A stretch of 64,000 bases of DNA from a virus: positions 25,311 to 89,310 of the IMG/VR virus record IMGVR_UViG_3300000970_000007; one strand, given 5' to 3'. Shown in pieces: positions 51,268-60,847 of the stretch (its first letter is position 1; every line of letters begins with the position of its first letter). A model generated the notes under the pieces. That model made no database searches, had not been told where the DNA came from, and saw only the letters and a program-made list of their open reading frames with translations. The translations under genes and the position numbers were made by a program.

Positions 51268-54200
51268 ATGAGTTGTAGTTTAAATTTTAAAGGGGTAGAA
51301 ATAGCTAGTGTAGATAACTCTAAACTTTTTAAAGAGTTAGAAACTTACTTTGAAGGAGATATTAACAAAGCTACTCAAACATGGTTGAATAGTTTCCAAG
51401 AAGATTCTGGTTTTATAAATGAAAAAACAAATGTACCTTCTAATGAATTAATGAAAGACTTCAAAGGAAAAGAGATAATATCTTCCGCACAGAAGTTAGT
51501 TAAAGGTGTAAGTGGTAAATTCAAGTCAGATGGAAGTAGGTTAAATGTTCATGAGGGAACCAATGGTATTTTCGCCACTCATGATGTTTCTTTAGCTGAA
51601 CAATATCAAGGGGAGTTACCTTTAAAAGAGTTTACTATTCCTCCAGGCTCTACTATTGAATATTTAACAGCAATAGGAAAAGGTCTTACAATAGAAGAAA
51701 CAAGAAAATTAGAAGTAGAACTAATCAATAATTCTACGTCTGATATAGTTAAACTAGATCTTATAGATAAGTCAGGTAGAGAAACACAATTTATAATAAA
51801 AGATGAGGCTATAATAAAGTCTTCTAAAGATTTTGAAAAATATACACTTGTTGAACCTACTTTAGAGGAGTCTTTAATACTTTCTGAGATATATAATACT
51901 AATGAAGCAGTTTTAGATATAAACACTAAGGTAAGTGTTATTAGCAGTATGCGCCATCTTGGTATAGAAGACTCAAAAGATTTATTAGATAAATTAAACA
52001 AAACGTTTAGAAGTAAAGGTTATTTTGAACTAGATGTAAATAAAATTAAAAAAAGTGGGTTATATTCTGTACAAGAAGTTAACAGTATAGTCTCAAATCC
52101 TAATGTATCAAGTAAAATTGCAAAAACTATAAGAGAACTTGATAATTCAGAATCTTTTAAGGTAAACATAAATAATTCAAACAATGTGTTGAAACTTAAA
52201 AATCCTAATAAAAAAGGAGTTTTGGGAAATAATGAAATAATACCTATTAGTAAAATAGAAAAAGATTTAAAGTTAATAGGAGCTAATACTGATACTAAAG
52301 AGGATTTTATAAGTGAATTAAGAAGTTTAGAGTATAGTGGGTTAATAATGGAGATGGAGAAATCTTCTGAACTGTCTGAAGCCATATATAATGATTTTGG
52401 TAATTATACTAAAATACCAGCTTATGAGTTTGTAAGAGGGAGATTACAACCTGTTGAACAAGGGATAAGTAAAACAACTTTAGCATTATCAATGTTAGAA
52501 GGAGTTTCTAGCAAAGAAATAATAGAAGATATTGATTTTGTAAAAAGTATAAATCAAGAGGCTTGGATAGAAGTTCAAGAAGATCTTTCAACAATACTAA
52601 AAGAAATAGAAAAAGAAGCAACTGATTTTAACATTGATATTGTAGGACTATCTGAAAAAACACAAGATAGAGAAGGTGTTATAAAAATGCTAGAAGATTT
52701 AGCAGATGTAACACTTTTGTTAGATAAAAAAGCATTAGACGATTCTACTTTGTCAAAGTATGTTGAAAGTTACAATGAGCTTTTTAAAGAAACAGACCAA
52801 AGTTTTGAATTACAAAAATTAGACAAGTATCCAGAGAATACTGTTTATGTAAGAACAACGGCTACAGATACTAAGATGTTTGATGAATTCGGACTGGTTA
52901 ATCTAGGAGATGGTTATTATCACGCAGTTGATATGGAGATACCAGTGGAAGAGTTAGAATCCTTTTTAGACGCTAATATACAGGAAGAAAGACTGACTCA
53001 TGTAAAAGATCAAAACAAAAGATTACAACGTTATATAAAAATAAAAGAAAAAGAATCCTTTTCTAAAAAAGGAAGTACAGACTATTATGATGAAACTGGG
53101 TTATCTTTTAGGTTAGGGGACCTCAAAGTAACTCCTGAAAAATTAGGAAAGTTCAGAGGAGGCAGAGGAACAGGACATTACGGAACAGGTTTTTATTTCA
53201 CAGGATACGAGCAAACTTTAAATGAACCCTCTGATAACTATCAAAGAGAACTCAATACTGTTGATTTTAGAGCTTATAATTTACTTAGAGTTAAAAATAA
53301 TAGTATAGGTTTAAAACTACACGATGTTTTAAAAAGTTTCCAAGGTCTTAGTATTAATTCTTTAGATAATGTAACTGAAGATGAAAAAATGTTGGCTACA
53401 TTGAAAACAAACGGAGAAATAGATAATTACAAAGTAAAAGTTTTAATAGAAAATTTAGTACTCTCTATTAAATCAGAAATAGAGGTTGATTATAATACAG
53501 GAAACCTTAAAGGTTATTATAAAGAGGATGATTATAGTCAAGATGACATAGATTTTGAAATTAGCAGAGTTAATTTTAATGAAGACAATATATTATACCA
53601 ACTAGAAAAATTAGATAAAGGTTATACCGCCTTTGACAAAAGATATTCTTTTAAAGAAATCTTTCAAAACAATAAAACTTTTCCTAAAGAATATTTAGAA
53701 AAGGTTTTAGATTCTTACTATAAAAACTTACCTTCTAAAAAAGAAGTGTTTAAAGAAAGTCTTGTTGAAAAATTAAAACCTTTAGCTAAAATAGTATCTT
53801 TAGTAGATATTAATACTAATTTTAAAGATAATTTACAGCTTTTAAAAGAAGGAATTGTAAGTAAATTAAGAAGAGACTCTTATCAAGAGTCTCATATGAG
53901 AAAAACTACATTAGGTACTGAATTAATTAAACTTCTAGGTTATAACGGAATAGACGTAAGAGGTGTAGGTGAACAAAATGGAATGACAGGATTGGATAAT
54001 TTTTCGTATGGTTCGGTAATATACGATTTGGAAAATACCATACAAGGCAAAAAACCAGACATTCAAACATTTGGTGACGAAGTAATTTTAAATAAAACAT
54101 TAGAAGAAGTAAAAACAAAAGAATTACCTTTTGAAACAATAAATGCAGTTAAGTATAACTTATATTCTGAGATGTATGGTTATTCTAACTATAAATCTAC

Positions 54201-54837
54201 TTCTAACTTAGTTTTACCCACTAAGGCAAAGGTTAGTGTAGAGTATTTAAAAGAGGGTTTTAAAGACGATTTATACAACTATATACTAAAAGAAAAGGTA
54301 AAAGATTCAGAGTTATATAATTCTGTACTTTCCAATATTTCAATAGCAGCGGATGGGATAAATATAAGTGAAGATAATTTAGACTTATTAGATTTAGTTG
54401 AAGATAATGAAATATTGGAAAACTTAAAAATATACGGAGCCATTCGTAAAAACTCTGGTTTTGACTTTCTCAACATAGAAGGGCAGACAAATCCTTACAG
54501 TCATCTTTTCGAAGAGTTAAACACTAACCCTAAAAAAATAGAAGACCAGTATATACAAGAAGGAGATTTTATTATCACAAATGAGTTTGAAAATTTCATA
54601 CAAGTAGGTAATGATTTATATCAAAACCTAGGAGATAGTTTATTTTTTAAATTAGGAGAGAAAAACCCTATATTTAACACATTACCTCTGACAAAAAATA
54701 TAGAAGTACCAACAGAAGTATTAAATAAAGTTTTAGAATTTAACAATACTAAACCGACTTCTGATATTACTATTGAGAAATTAACATCAGATTTTGTACT
54801 TAAAGAAACTGAAAAAGAATTAAACTGTAATGGATAA
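51268..54837 (+). CDS. large polyvalent-type virion protein with two ADP-ribosyltransferase-like domains
   Basis: 1189 aa; GIFATHDVSLAEQY...TQFIIKDEAIIKS and GTGHYGTGFYF...LGYNGIDVR...YGSVIYDL resemble ART-PolyVal signatures. Confidence 0.55.
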   Translation: MSCSLNFKGVEIASVDNSKLFKELETYFEGDINKATQTWLNSFQEDSGFINEKTNVPSNELMKDFKGKEIISSAQKLVKGVSGKFKSDGSRLNVHEGTNGIFATHDVSLAEQYQGELPLKEFTIPPGSTIEYLTAIGKGLTIEETRKLEVELINNSTSDIVKLDLIDKSGRETQFIIKDEAIIKSSKDFEKYTLVEPTLEESLILSEIYNTNEAVLDINTKVSVISSMRHLGIEDSKDLLDKLNKTFRSKGYFELDVNKIKKSGLYSVQEVNSIVSNPNVSSKIAKTIRELDNSESFKVNINNSNNVLKLKNPNKKGVLGNNEIIPISKIEKDLKLIGANTDTKEDFISELRSLEYSGLIMEMEKSSELSEAIYNDFGNYTKIPAYEFVRGRLQPVEQGISKTTLALSMLEGVSSKEIIEDIDFVKSINQEAWIEVQEDLSTILKEIEKEATDFNIDIVGLSEKTQDREGVIKMLEDLADVTLLLDKKALDDSTLSKYVESYNELFKETDQSFELQKLDKYPENTVYVRTTATDTKMFDEFGLVNLGDGYYHAVDMEIPVEELESFLDANIQEERLTHVKDQNKRLQRYIKIKEKESFSKKGSTDYYDETGLSFRLGDLKVTPEKLGKFRGGRGTGHYGTGFYFTGYEQTLNEPSDNYQRELNTVDFRAYNLLRVKNNSIGLKLHDVLKSFQGLSINSLDNVTEDEKMLATLKTNGEIDNYKVKVLIENLVLSIKSEIEVDYNTGNLKGYYKEDDYSQDDIDFEISRVNFNEDNILYQLEKLDKGYTAFDKRYSFKEIFQNNKTFPKEYLEKVLDSYYKNLPSKKEVFKESLVEKLKPLAKIVSLVDINTNFKDNLQLLKEGIVSKLRRDSYQESHMRKTTLGTELIKLLGYNGIDVRGVGEQNGMTGLDNFSYGSVIYDLENTIQGKKPDIQTFGDEVILNKTLEEVKTKELPFETINAVKYNLYSEMYGYSNYKSTSNLVLPTKAKVSVEYLKEGFKDDLYNYILKEKVKDSELYNSVLSNISIAADGINISEDNLDLLDLVEDNEILENLKIYGAIRKNSGFDFLNIEGQTNPYSHLFEELNTNPKKIEDQYIQEGDFIITNEFENFIQVGNDLYQNLGDSLFFKLGEKNPIFNTLPLTKNIEVPTEVLNKVLEFNNTKPTSDITIEKLTSDFVLKETEKELNCNG

Positions 54838-55186
54838 AACACAAGTATATCACGATGGTACTCCTCAACAATTACCTTTTTCAACTTCTTATTTATTTTC
54901 AACAATTAAAAATTATAAAGTTGAAATATTAAAAAAAGCTTGGAAGAATAAATTAAATACGTATATTGTACTAAATTTAGGAGTAGAGGTAGGTGACATA
55001 ATAAAATTCAAAGGTTATAAGACCAAATTCTATGTAAAAAAATGGATAAGTTATGATGCCACAGGAGGATCTGTTTATCAAATAGCAAGGTTAGACAGGT
55101 GTAGAGTATCACAATTTGATTTAGATAATTTAAAACCAAAGGTAACTGGATTAATAAAAGGTTACGTTAACAAACCAAAAAGATAA
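54830..55186 (+). CDS. small basic hypothetical protein
   Basis: 118 aa ORF overlapping the upstream stop, between two giant genes. Confidence 0.55.
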   Translation: MDKTQVYHDGTPQQLPFSTSYLFSTIKNYKVEILKKAWKNKLNTYIVLNLGVEVGDIIKFKGYKTKFYVKKWISYDATGGSVYQIARLDRCRVSQFDLDNLKPKVTGLIKGYVNKPKR

Positions 55187-55189
55187 GTT

Positions 55190-58100
55190 TTGAGCTGTAC
55201 AATTAAAAGAAACGAGTTAGGGAAAGCAGTAGAGATAAACCCTCAATCAGAAAAAGAATCTCAGTTTATAAAAGATGTTTCTAATATCCCTTCTATAACA
55301 GAAGTAGAGGAAGTTGCTAACATTTATATAAATAAGGTAGCATCTGATATTAATCTGGAAGACTATGAAGGTATTTCATATAAATTAGGAGACAAGGAAT
55401 TTACTGATTATTCAGAAATGTTATTTGAAAATCAAGGTAAACCCTACCAAGTTGTTTTAAAAACAAACAGTCAAGAAATAGTTATTATAGAAGATGTTTT
55501 AGAAACAGATTCGAACTCTAGTAAAGGTAGGGTTAATCAAGCTATACTAAAAGGTTTAATAAAAGGTAAGTCGTTAATAAAAAATGGAAACATTCATTTT
55601 GAACCCTCTGGTACAACAGTATTGGAGAAAGTAAATAATACTAAAGAAGCGAAAAGAGTTTTTGGTAAGCACACTGTTTCAATAAGAGAAGGTAATACTT
55701 TAGTATTTAAAGAAGAAAAAGGGTTAGAGACTCCAGAAAGTAAGTTAGTTGCAGAAGCTTTTACTACAAGTGAACCTTTAGAAAAAGTAGATTTAAATAA
55801 TGTAGAAAGTTCTTTTACAAATTTTTTAAGAAACTTAGGTATATCTATAACAACTCTAGACAGTTATAAAAAAAGCTACGGCATAAAGAATTCAGGTTCT
55901 AAGGTTGTAACCGCTTTAGCAGATGTAAGTAGAGGTATTATAGCATTGTCTAAAGGAGATAAAGTTGATTTTCATGAAGAATTAGCACACGTTGCTGTAT
56001 CTCATTATAAAGACAGAGAAAGTCTTGAAGAAGCTTTAGTAGATGTTGCTGAAACATCTGAATATGTAAAATACAGTCAAGAATACAGAGATGCATACAG
56101 CGATTTAAAAGGTATCGAACTAGAGACTAAAGTAAGAACGGAAGTACTAGGTAAGATATTATCTGAGAAGTTAAAAAATACATCCAAACATCCTTTTGCT
56201 AGAATAGAAAGAGCTTTAAATAATATTTTAAACTTATTTAGAAAAGATGTCATAGGTAATGTAAAATCATACCATTCTGAAACAATAGAAAAGCTAGTAG
56301 ATAAAATGGAAAAAGGAATTAGATCGAATAATATGGGTCTTTTTTCTAAAACTTCTTTTGATGAGGGTACTTTTTTTAAGATAAATACTAATAAGTCATC
56401 TCTAAACCTTGATATTGACCGTTTGATAAAATCATTTAATGGTGCTTTTATGAAAATGAGTAAAGATATATCTAAAGTTAGTTTTCAGCAAGCTAAAGAT
56501 ATAGACGAAGAATTTGAAGTATTAAGAGGTATGGTTTCCTTAGAGACTTCTCTAGCTGCTTTAGAGCATATAAGTAAAGAAGTGACTAAAAAAAGAAATT
56601 CTATCAATAATAAACTTGAAGAAAGTACTCTTCTTAGTTATGTAAGGTTTGCTAGAGCTTTAGAAATTACTACTTCAAATGTAAGACTTAACATAGAAAT
56701 ACCTCTATCTGCCCCTAATGCTAATCAATTGAAACAATCTTTAGAAACCTTAGAATCTAGATTAGCAAATGAGTTCGATAAATTAAAAAAATTAGAAGAA
56801 GAGTTACGTAAAGAATCTTCTGTAACAGGGAGAAGTACAACTTTGGATTATGCACAAAAAGCAGGGCGTGACGTAAAAAAAGTAGAAGCGTTGTTTGACA
56901 AAGTTACCAATGACGTTTCTGTATTTTTCAAATGGTTGATACCACCTTCATATGCAAAGAATTATTTACTCTCTTTAATGCCTAAGCTTTTTTCAGATAT
57001 GTTTAATGAGGCTGACGTAAAGGCTCAGAAAAGTCTTAATTCTTACATACAAAAGATAGAAGATAATGGTTGGCAAAAATATCAAGATGAGTTAATAAAA
57101 AAAGATAAGGACGGTGTAGCAACTCCATATATGCTAGCTCCTACTAATAAGTTTGAGCAAACCCAAAAAAGGAGAGATTTTAACATCCTTACTCTATCTA
57201 AATTATCAGGCAAGACTATAAAAGAAGTTAGTGATATATACGACAGTAAAAACCCTTTAGAAGGTTTAGATCTTACTCCAGACCAAGTAAAAGAGTTTGA
57301 GAAAGCTAAGTATAAAAATGATAGAGAAACTAGAGAAAACCCTAAAGACAGTTCTTACTATGAAGAAAGAGAGCAAGAGTTAGATAACTTGAATATTTCT
57401 GACATCTCTAGAAACCTACTTTCAGATTATAGTGCCCAAAGAGCTTCAATAACAAGACACGCTTTTGAGAACGGTAAAATGGATAAGTCTAAACTATCTG
57501 AAACTGATAAAGCTAGATTGATAGAATTAGCTATTGATAAAAAGAAAAAGAAAAGTGCTTACACAATAGCAGAATACTCTGGAAGATCTATTTTAAAAGA
57601 AGGTTTAAAAGTTTCTAAATTATCAGATATAACGACAAAAGAATTAGACACTTTTCCTCAAGAAATAAAAGAGTTTTTAGAAAAAGAAAGAGTAGAAAAC
57701 CCTAACAGAGAAATTGTATTTAAGGATCCTAATGCTTCAGTAGTTTTAGAAGATTCTATAATAGCTGCTGAATTAAATCTATTAGATTATTCTTACCAAG
57801 CTAAAAATGCTAAAAACCCTAGTGCAAATAAAAACTTAGGGTCAGATTTTCTTCAAGCATTAGAAGAAGCAGAGAACAGGGGTGAAGGTTTTAAATGGTT
57901 AATGGATAATGGTGGTTTTGAGTTATCTGAAAACGCAATAGCAGATTTAAAAGAGAATGTATCTTATTCAGATAATGTAGAAAAATACATTGAATCGTTG
58001 CAAGGAGATAGGAAAAAAGATGTAAAGGAAAACTTAGAAATTCTAGAAACTCTTGTATCTCAAAAAAAAGCTATTTTAAGACCTTTTAAAAACGCCAATC

Positions 58101-60829
58101 CTTTAGAAGAGTTTCACTATGCTCAACTAAGCGATAATGTAAAGGAAAACCTTATTGAAATAGAAGAAGACATAGCAGCTTTAAAAAGAAGTATAAGACT
58201 ACCTAATGAGTTTAATAACTCTGACTTTAAAGATATGAATGTCACTCTTAATACTGAGGTATTAGAAGATTCTGTTAGTAAGGGGTATAATGATATAACA
58301 GAGTACATAACTGATAACACTACAAGAGATAATAAAGCAGACATATTAAACTTTAAAAAAGAATATGAAAGATATGAAAGAGACTTTGAAGCAGGTAATC
58401 CTACTAGAATGTCTAAGAAATATGTAGAGTTTATAGACGAGATGTCTTCAACTGATTCTAAAACAGGTCGACTTTTAACACCCGAACAGTTTAAAAATAG
58501 GGTTTTTAAAGAATATGCTATTAGGAAAGCTCCTTCTTTTATGAAAGAATACAGGCAAGAAGGTTTTGAGAATTTTAAAAGAGACTTACTAACAAATGAT
58601 ATAGATTTAATTCAATTGGCAACAAACAAACAGTCTTTATTGAATAAATATCCTTTGTTGGAAAACTATGAAGTTAAGTCAGATTATAATTGGAAAGAGG
58701 AAAACGTTATAGACGATGTGATTAATCCTAGGTACAAACCTGATGCTACTTTTGATACATATAATAAAGTTGACATGGATTTTTTCAATAAGTTTTTTAA
58801 TAACCCTACTGACGCTGTAAAAAAATGGCATGATTTAAAAACAGATGATATATCTCAATTAACCCCTGATAAAAATAAAGAAGCTTTTGGTTTGTTAGTG
58901 CATTTAACAGAATTTAATAAGGAAAACTTAGAAAAGTTTGATTCTGCTGAGAAGACTAGTAAGTATATGATTCCTCAGTTTTCAAAAACTAGATTAGAAA
59001 ACACAGAAGCAGTACTTAAAAGTAAAGACAAGTTAGCAAACTTAAAAGATAGCTTTACAGATATTTTTAAAAACAATACCGATGAATTATTAGAAGGACA
59101 AACTGTAAATGAATTGACCGATATACCAGATGCTTTAGTTATACCTAAATATGGCGTAACGCTTCTCCCTAATAGGAAAACAATGAGTACTGACCTAATC
59201 GGTAATATCGCCAGATTTAGAGCAAACGCTGAAATATACGATGCAAGAGTTAAGTACAAAAATAGAGCAGAAGGTATTGTACAAGCAATAGGTCAACAGA
59301 GTTTTAAAGATAGACTTGGAGGATCTAGAGCTGTTAAAAAAGGAGTAGAGTCTAATACTTACGCTATGTCTGTAAAAAAGATGAATGAAATGATCTATGG
59401 AGTAAAAGAGACTTATTCTGTAAAACCTGTTATTTTTGGCAAAGAAAGAGATATTACTTCAATGGTCAATGGTATTACAAGTATAATACAAAGAATAAAC
59501 TTAGCCTTCTCACCAATAACTGATTTTACATCTTTAGCATCAGGTTATATAAATATAAAGGTGCAAGCGTTAGTAGAAGAACATTTTAGTAAAAAGTCTT
59601 CTTTAAGAGGAGAGAAATTACTTTATGGAATGTTGGGTTCATATACTAAAGAAGTAGGTAAAGTAAATAAAAACTCTAAACTGAATAAGTTGGGAGAACA
59701 TTTTGGCTTGTTCAATATATCTGAAAGATTTGAAAATACTAAATTCAGTAGAGCAACTAAAACTTTACATCCTTCTAAAAGTGCCTTCTTAGGATCAGAA
59801 ATGGCTAATCTACCTGTAGGAGGGAATGTAATGGCTACGGTATTAGTGGATATTAAATTAGTAGATGGTAAGTTTAGAAACTTCAATCAATATAAAACTT
59901 ACATGAAGTTGAATAGTAAGAACTCTATTTCTAGAAAAGAATTAACTAAAAAGTGGGACAATATTAAAGGTTCTTCTATTATTGATTTTTTAGATACTGA
60001 TTCTGAAATCATACAACCTAACACTAAATTTAAGCAAGAATTTCCTAACAACACTGAACAAGAATTTATGGATATGACTACTAAAGCATCCTCTATGATT
60101 TCAAAGATTAATAGTGAGGCAGACGGTATGATGTCACAAACAGATAAGTCAGAAGCAAAAAGAAATTTCTTATTCAATATGGCAATGACCCATAAGAGCT
60201 GGTTCTATTTAACTTTAGCAAACAGATTTAAACCAAGAGGAATGGACTGGATGCTAGGAAAAGAAACACAAGGGTCTTATAGTAATTTATTAGATATGAC
60301 TAGTTATTTAATAAAGAACTCTAAGAAACTAACTTCTATGGAAGGTTTTAAAGAACTGAGACAAGAGTTAGGGAAAGATGAGATAAATGCTACTAGTATA
60401 AGAAGAATAAAAGTAGATGCTTTAATTCTAGCAGCTTTACTAGCCATCGGAGAGATGATACAAGCAGGTGATGAACCAGATGATAGTTGGTTAGAAAATT
60501 TTGGACAATTGATTTACTTAAGATCTACAGCAGAATTCAATTCAACAAATGCTTATGGTATCCAACATAACTTGATGGAAATAGTTGAAACACCTTTTGT
60601 AGGAACTAGTAATATAGATGATATTAATCCAGTTGGAATAGTTAGAGATTTATTTAAAGATTCTGAAGAAGGTAAAACTCCTTTATATGATAGAATTAAG
60701 AGGAACTTACCTTTATTAAAGAGAAGTTACCAAATGATAAACATAGATAAAACAACTAAAGATTATATTAAATACAATAAAGACTTGTTATTTAATTTAG
60801 TTCCAGATAAAGACGAAAGTAAAAAATAA
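55190..60829 (+). CDS. large polyvalent-type virion protein with zincin-like metallopeptidase motif (TTG start)
   Basis: 1879 aa; FHEELAH plus downstream EVLGK. The MSC N-terminus matches that of the 51268 protein, which supports the TTG start. Confidence 0.6.
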   Translation: MSCTIKRNELGKAVEINPQSEKESQFIKDVSNIPSITEVEEVANIYINKVASDINLEDYEGISYKLGDKEFTDYSEMLFENQGKPYQVVLKTNSQEIVIIEDVLETDSNSSKGRVNQAILKGLIKGKSLIKNGNIHFEPSGTTVLEKVNNTKEAKRVFGKHTVSIREGNTLVFKEEKGLETPESKLVAEAFTTSEPLEKVDLNNVESSFTNFLRNLGISITTLDSYKKSYGIKNSGSKVVTALADVSRGIIALSKGDKVDFHEELAHVAVSHYKDRESLEEALVDVAETSEYVKYSQEYRDAYSDLKGIELETKVRTEVLGKILSEKLKNTSKHPFARIERALNNILNLFRKDVIGNVKSYHSETIEKLVDKMEKGIRSNNMGLFSKTSFDEGTFFKINTNKSSLNLDIDRLIKSFNGAFMKMSKDISKVSFQQAKDIDEEFEVLRGMVSLETSLAALEHISKEVTKKRNSINNKLEESTLLSYVRFARALEITTSNVRLNIEIPLSAPNANQLKQSLETLESRLANEFDKLKKLEEELRKESSVTGRSTTLDYAQKAGRDVKKVEALFDKVTNDVSVFFKWLIPPSYAKNYLLSLMPKLFSDMFNEADVKAQKSLNSYIQKIEDNGWQKYQDELIKKDKDGVATPYMLAPTNKFEQTQKRRDFNILTLSKLSGKTIKEVSDIYDSKNPLEGLDLTPDQVKEFEKAKYKNDRETRENPKDSSYYEEREQELDNLNISDISRNLLSDYSAQRASITRHAFENGKMDKSKLSETDKARLIELAIDKKKKKSAYTIAEYSGRSILKEGLKVSKLSDITTKELDTFPQEIKEFLEKERVENPNREIVFKDPNASVVLEDSIIAAELNLLDYSYQAKNAKNPSANKNLGSDFLQALEEAENRGEGFKWLMDNGGFELSENAIADLKENVSYSDNVEKYIESLQGDRKKDVKENLEILETLVSQKKAILRPFKNANPLEEFHYAQLSDNVKENLIEIEEDIAALKRSIRLPNEFNNSDFKDMNVTLNTEVLEDSVSKGYNDITEYITDNTTRDNKADILNFKKEYERYERDFEAGNPTRMSKKYVEFIDEMSSTDSKTGRLLTPEQFKNRVFKEYAIRKAPSFMKEYRQEGFENFKRDLLTNDIDLIQLATNKQSLLNKYPLLENYEVKSDYNWKEENVIDDVINPRYKPDATFDTYNKVDMDFFNKFFNNPTDAVKKWHDLKTDDISQLTPDKNKEAFGLLVHLTEFNKENLEKFDSAEKTSKYMIPQFSKTRLENTEAVLKSKDKLANLKDSFTDIFKNNTDELLEGQTVNELTDIPDALVIPKYGVTLLPNRKTMSTDLIGNIARFRANAEIYDARVKYKNRAEGIVQAIGQQSFKDRLGGSRAVKKGVESNTYAMSVKKMNEMIYGVKETYSVKPVIFGKERDITSMVNGITSIIQRINLAFSPITDFTSLASGYINIKVQALVEEHFSKKSSLRGEKLLYGMLGSYTKEVGKVNKNSKLNKLGEHFGLFNISERFENTKFSRATKTLHPSKSAFLGSEMANLPVGGNVMATVLVDIKLVDGKFRNFNQYKTYMKLNSKNSISRKELTKKWDNIKGSSIIDFLDTDSEIIQPNTKFKQEFPNNTEQEFMDMTTKASSMISKINSEADGMMSQTDKSEAKRNFLFNMAMTHKSWFYLTLANRFKPRGMDWMLGKETQGSYSNLLDMTSYLIKNSKKLTSMEGFKELRQELGKDEINATSIRRIKVDALILAALLAIGEMIQAGDEPDDSWLENFGQLIYLRSTAEFNSTNAYGIQHNLMEIVETPFVGTSNIDDINPVGIVRDLFKDSEEGKTPLYDRIKRNLPLLKRSYQMINIDKTTKDYIKYNKDLLFNLVPDKDESKK

Positions 60830-60847
60830 ATTATTATATTTGAGGAT

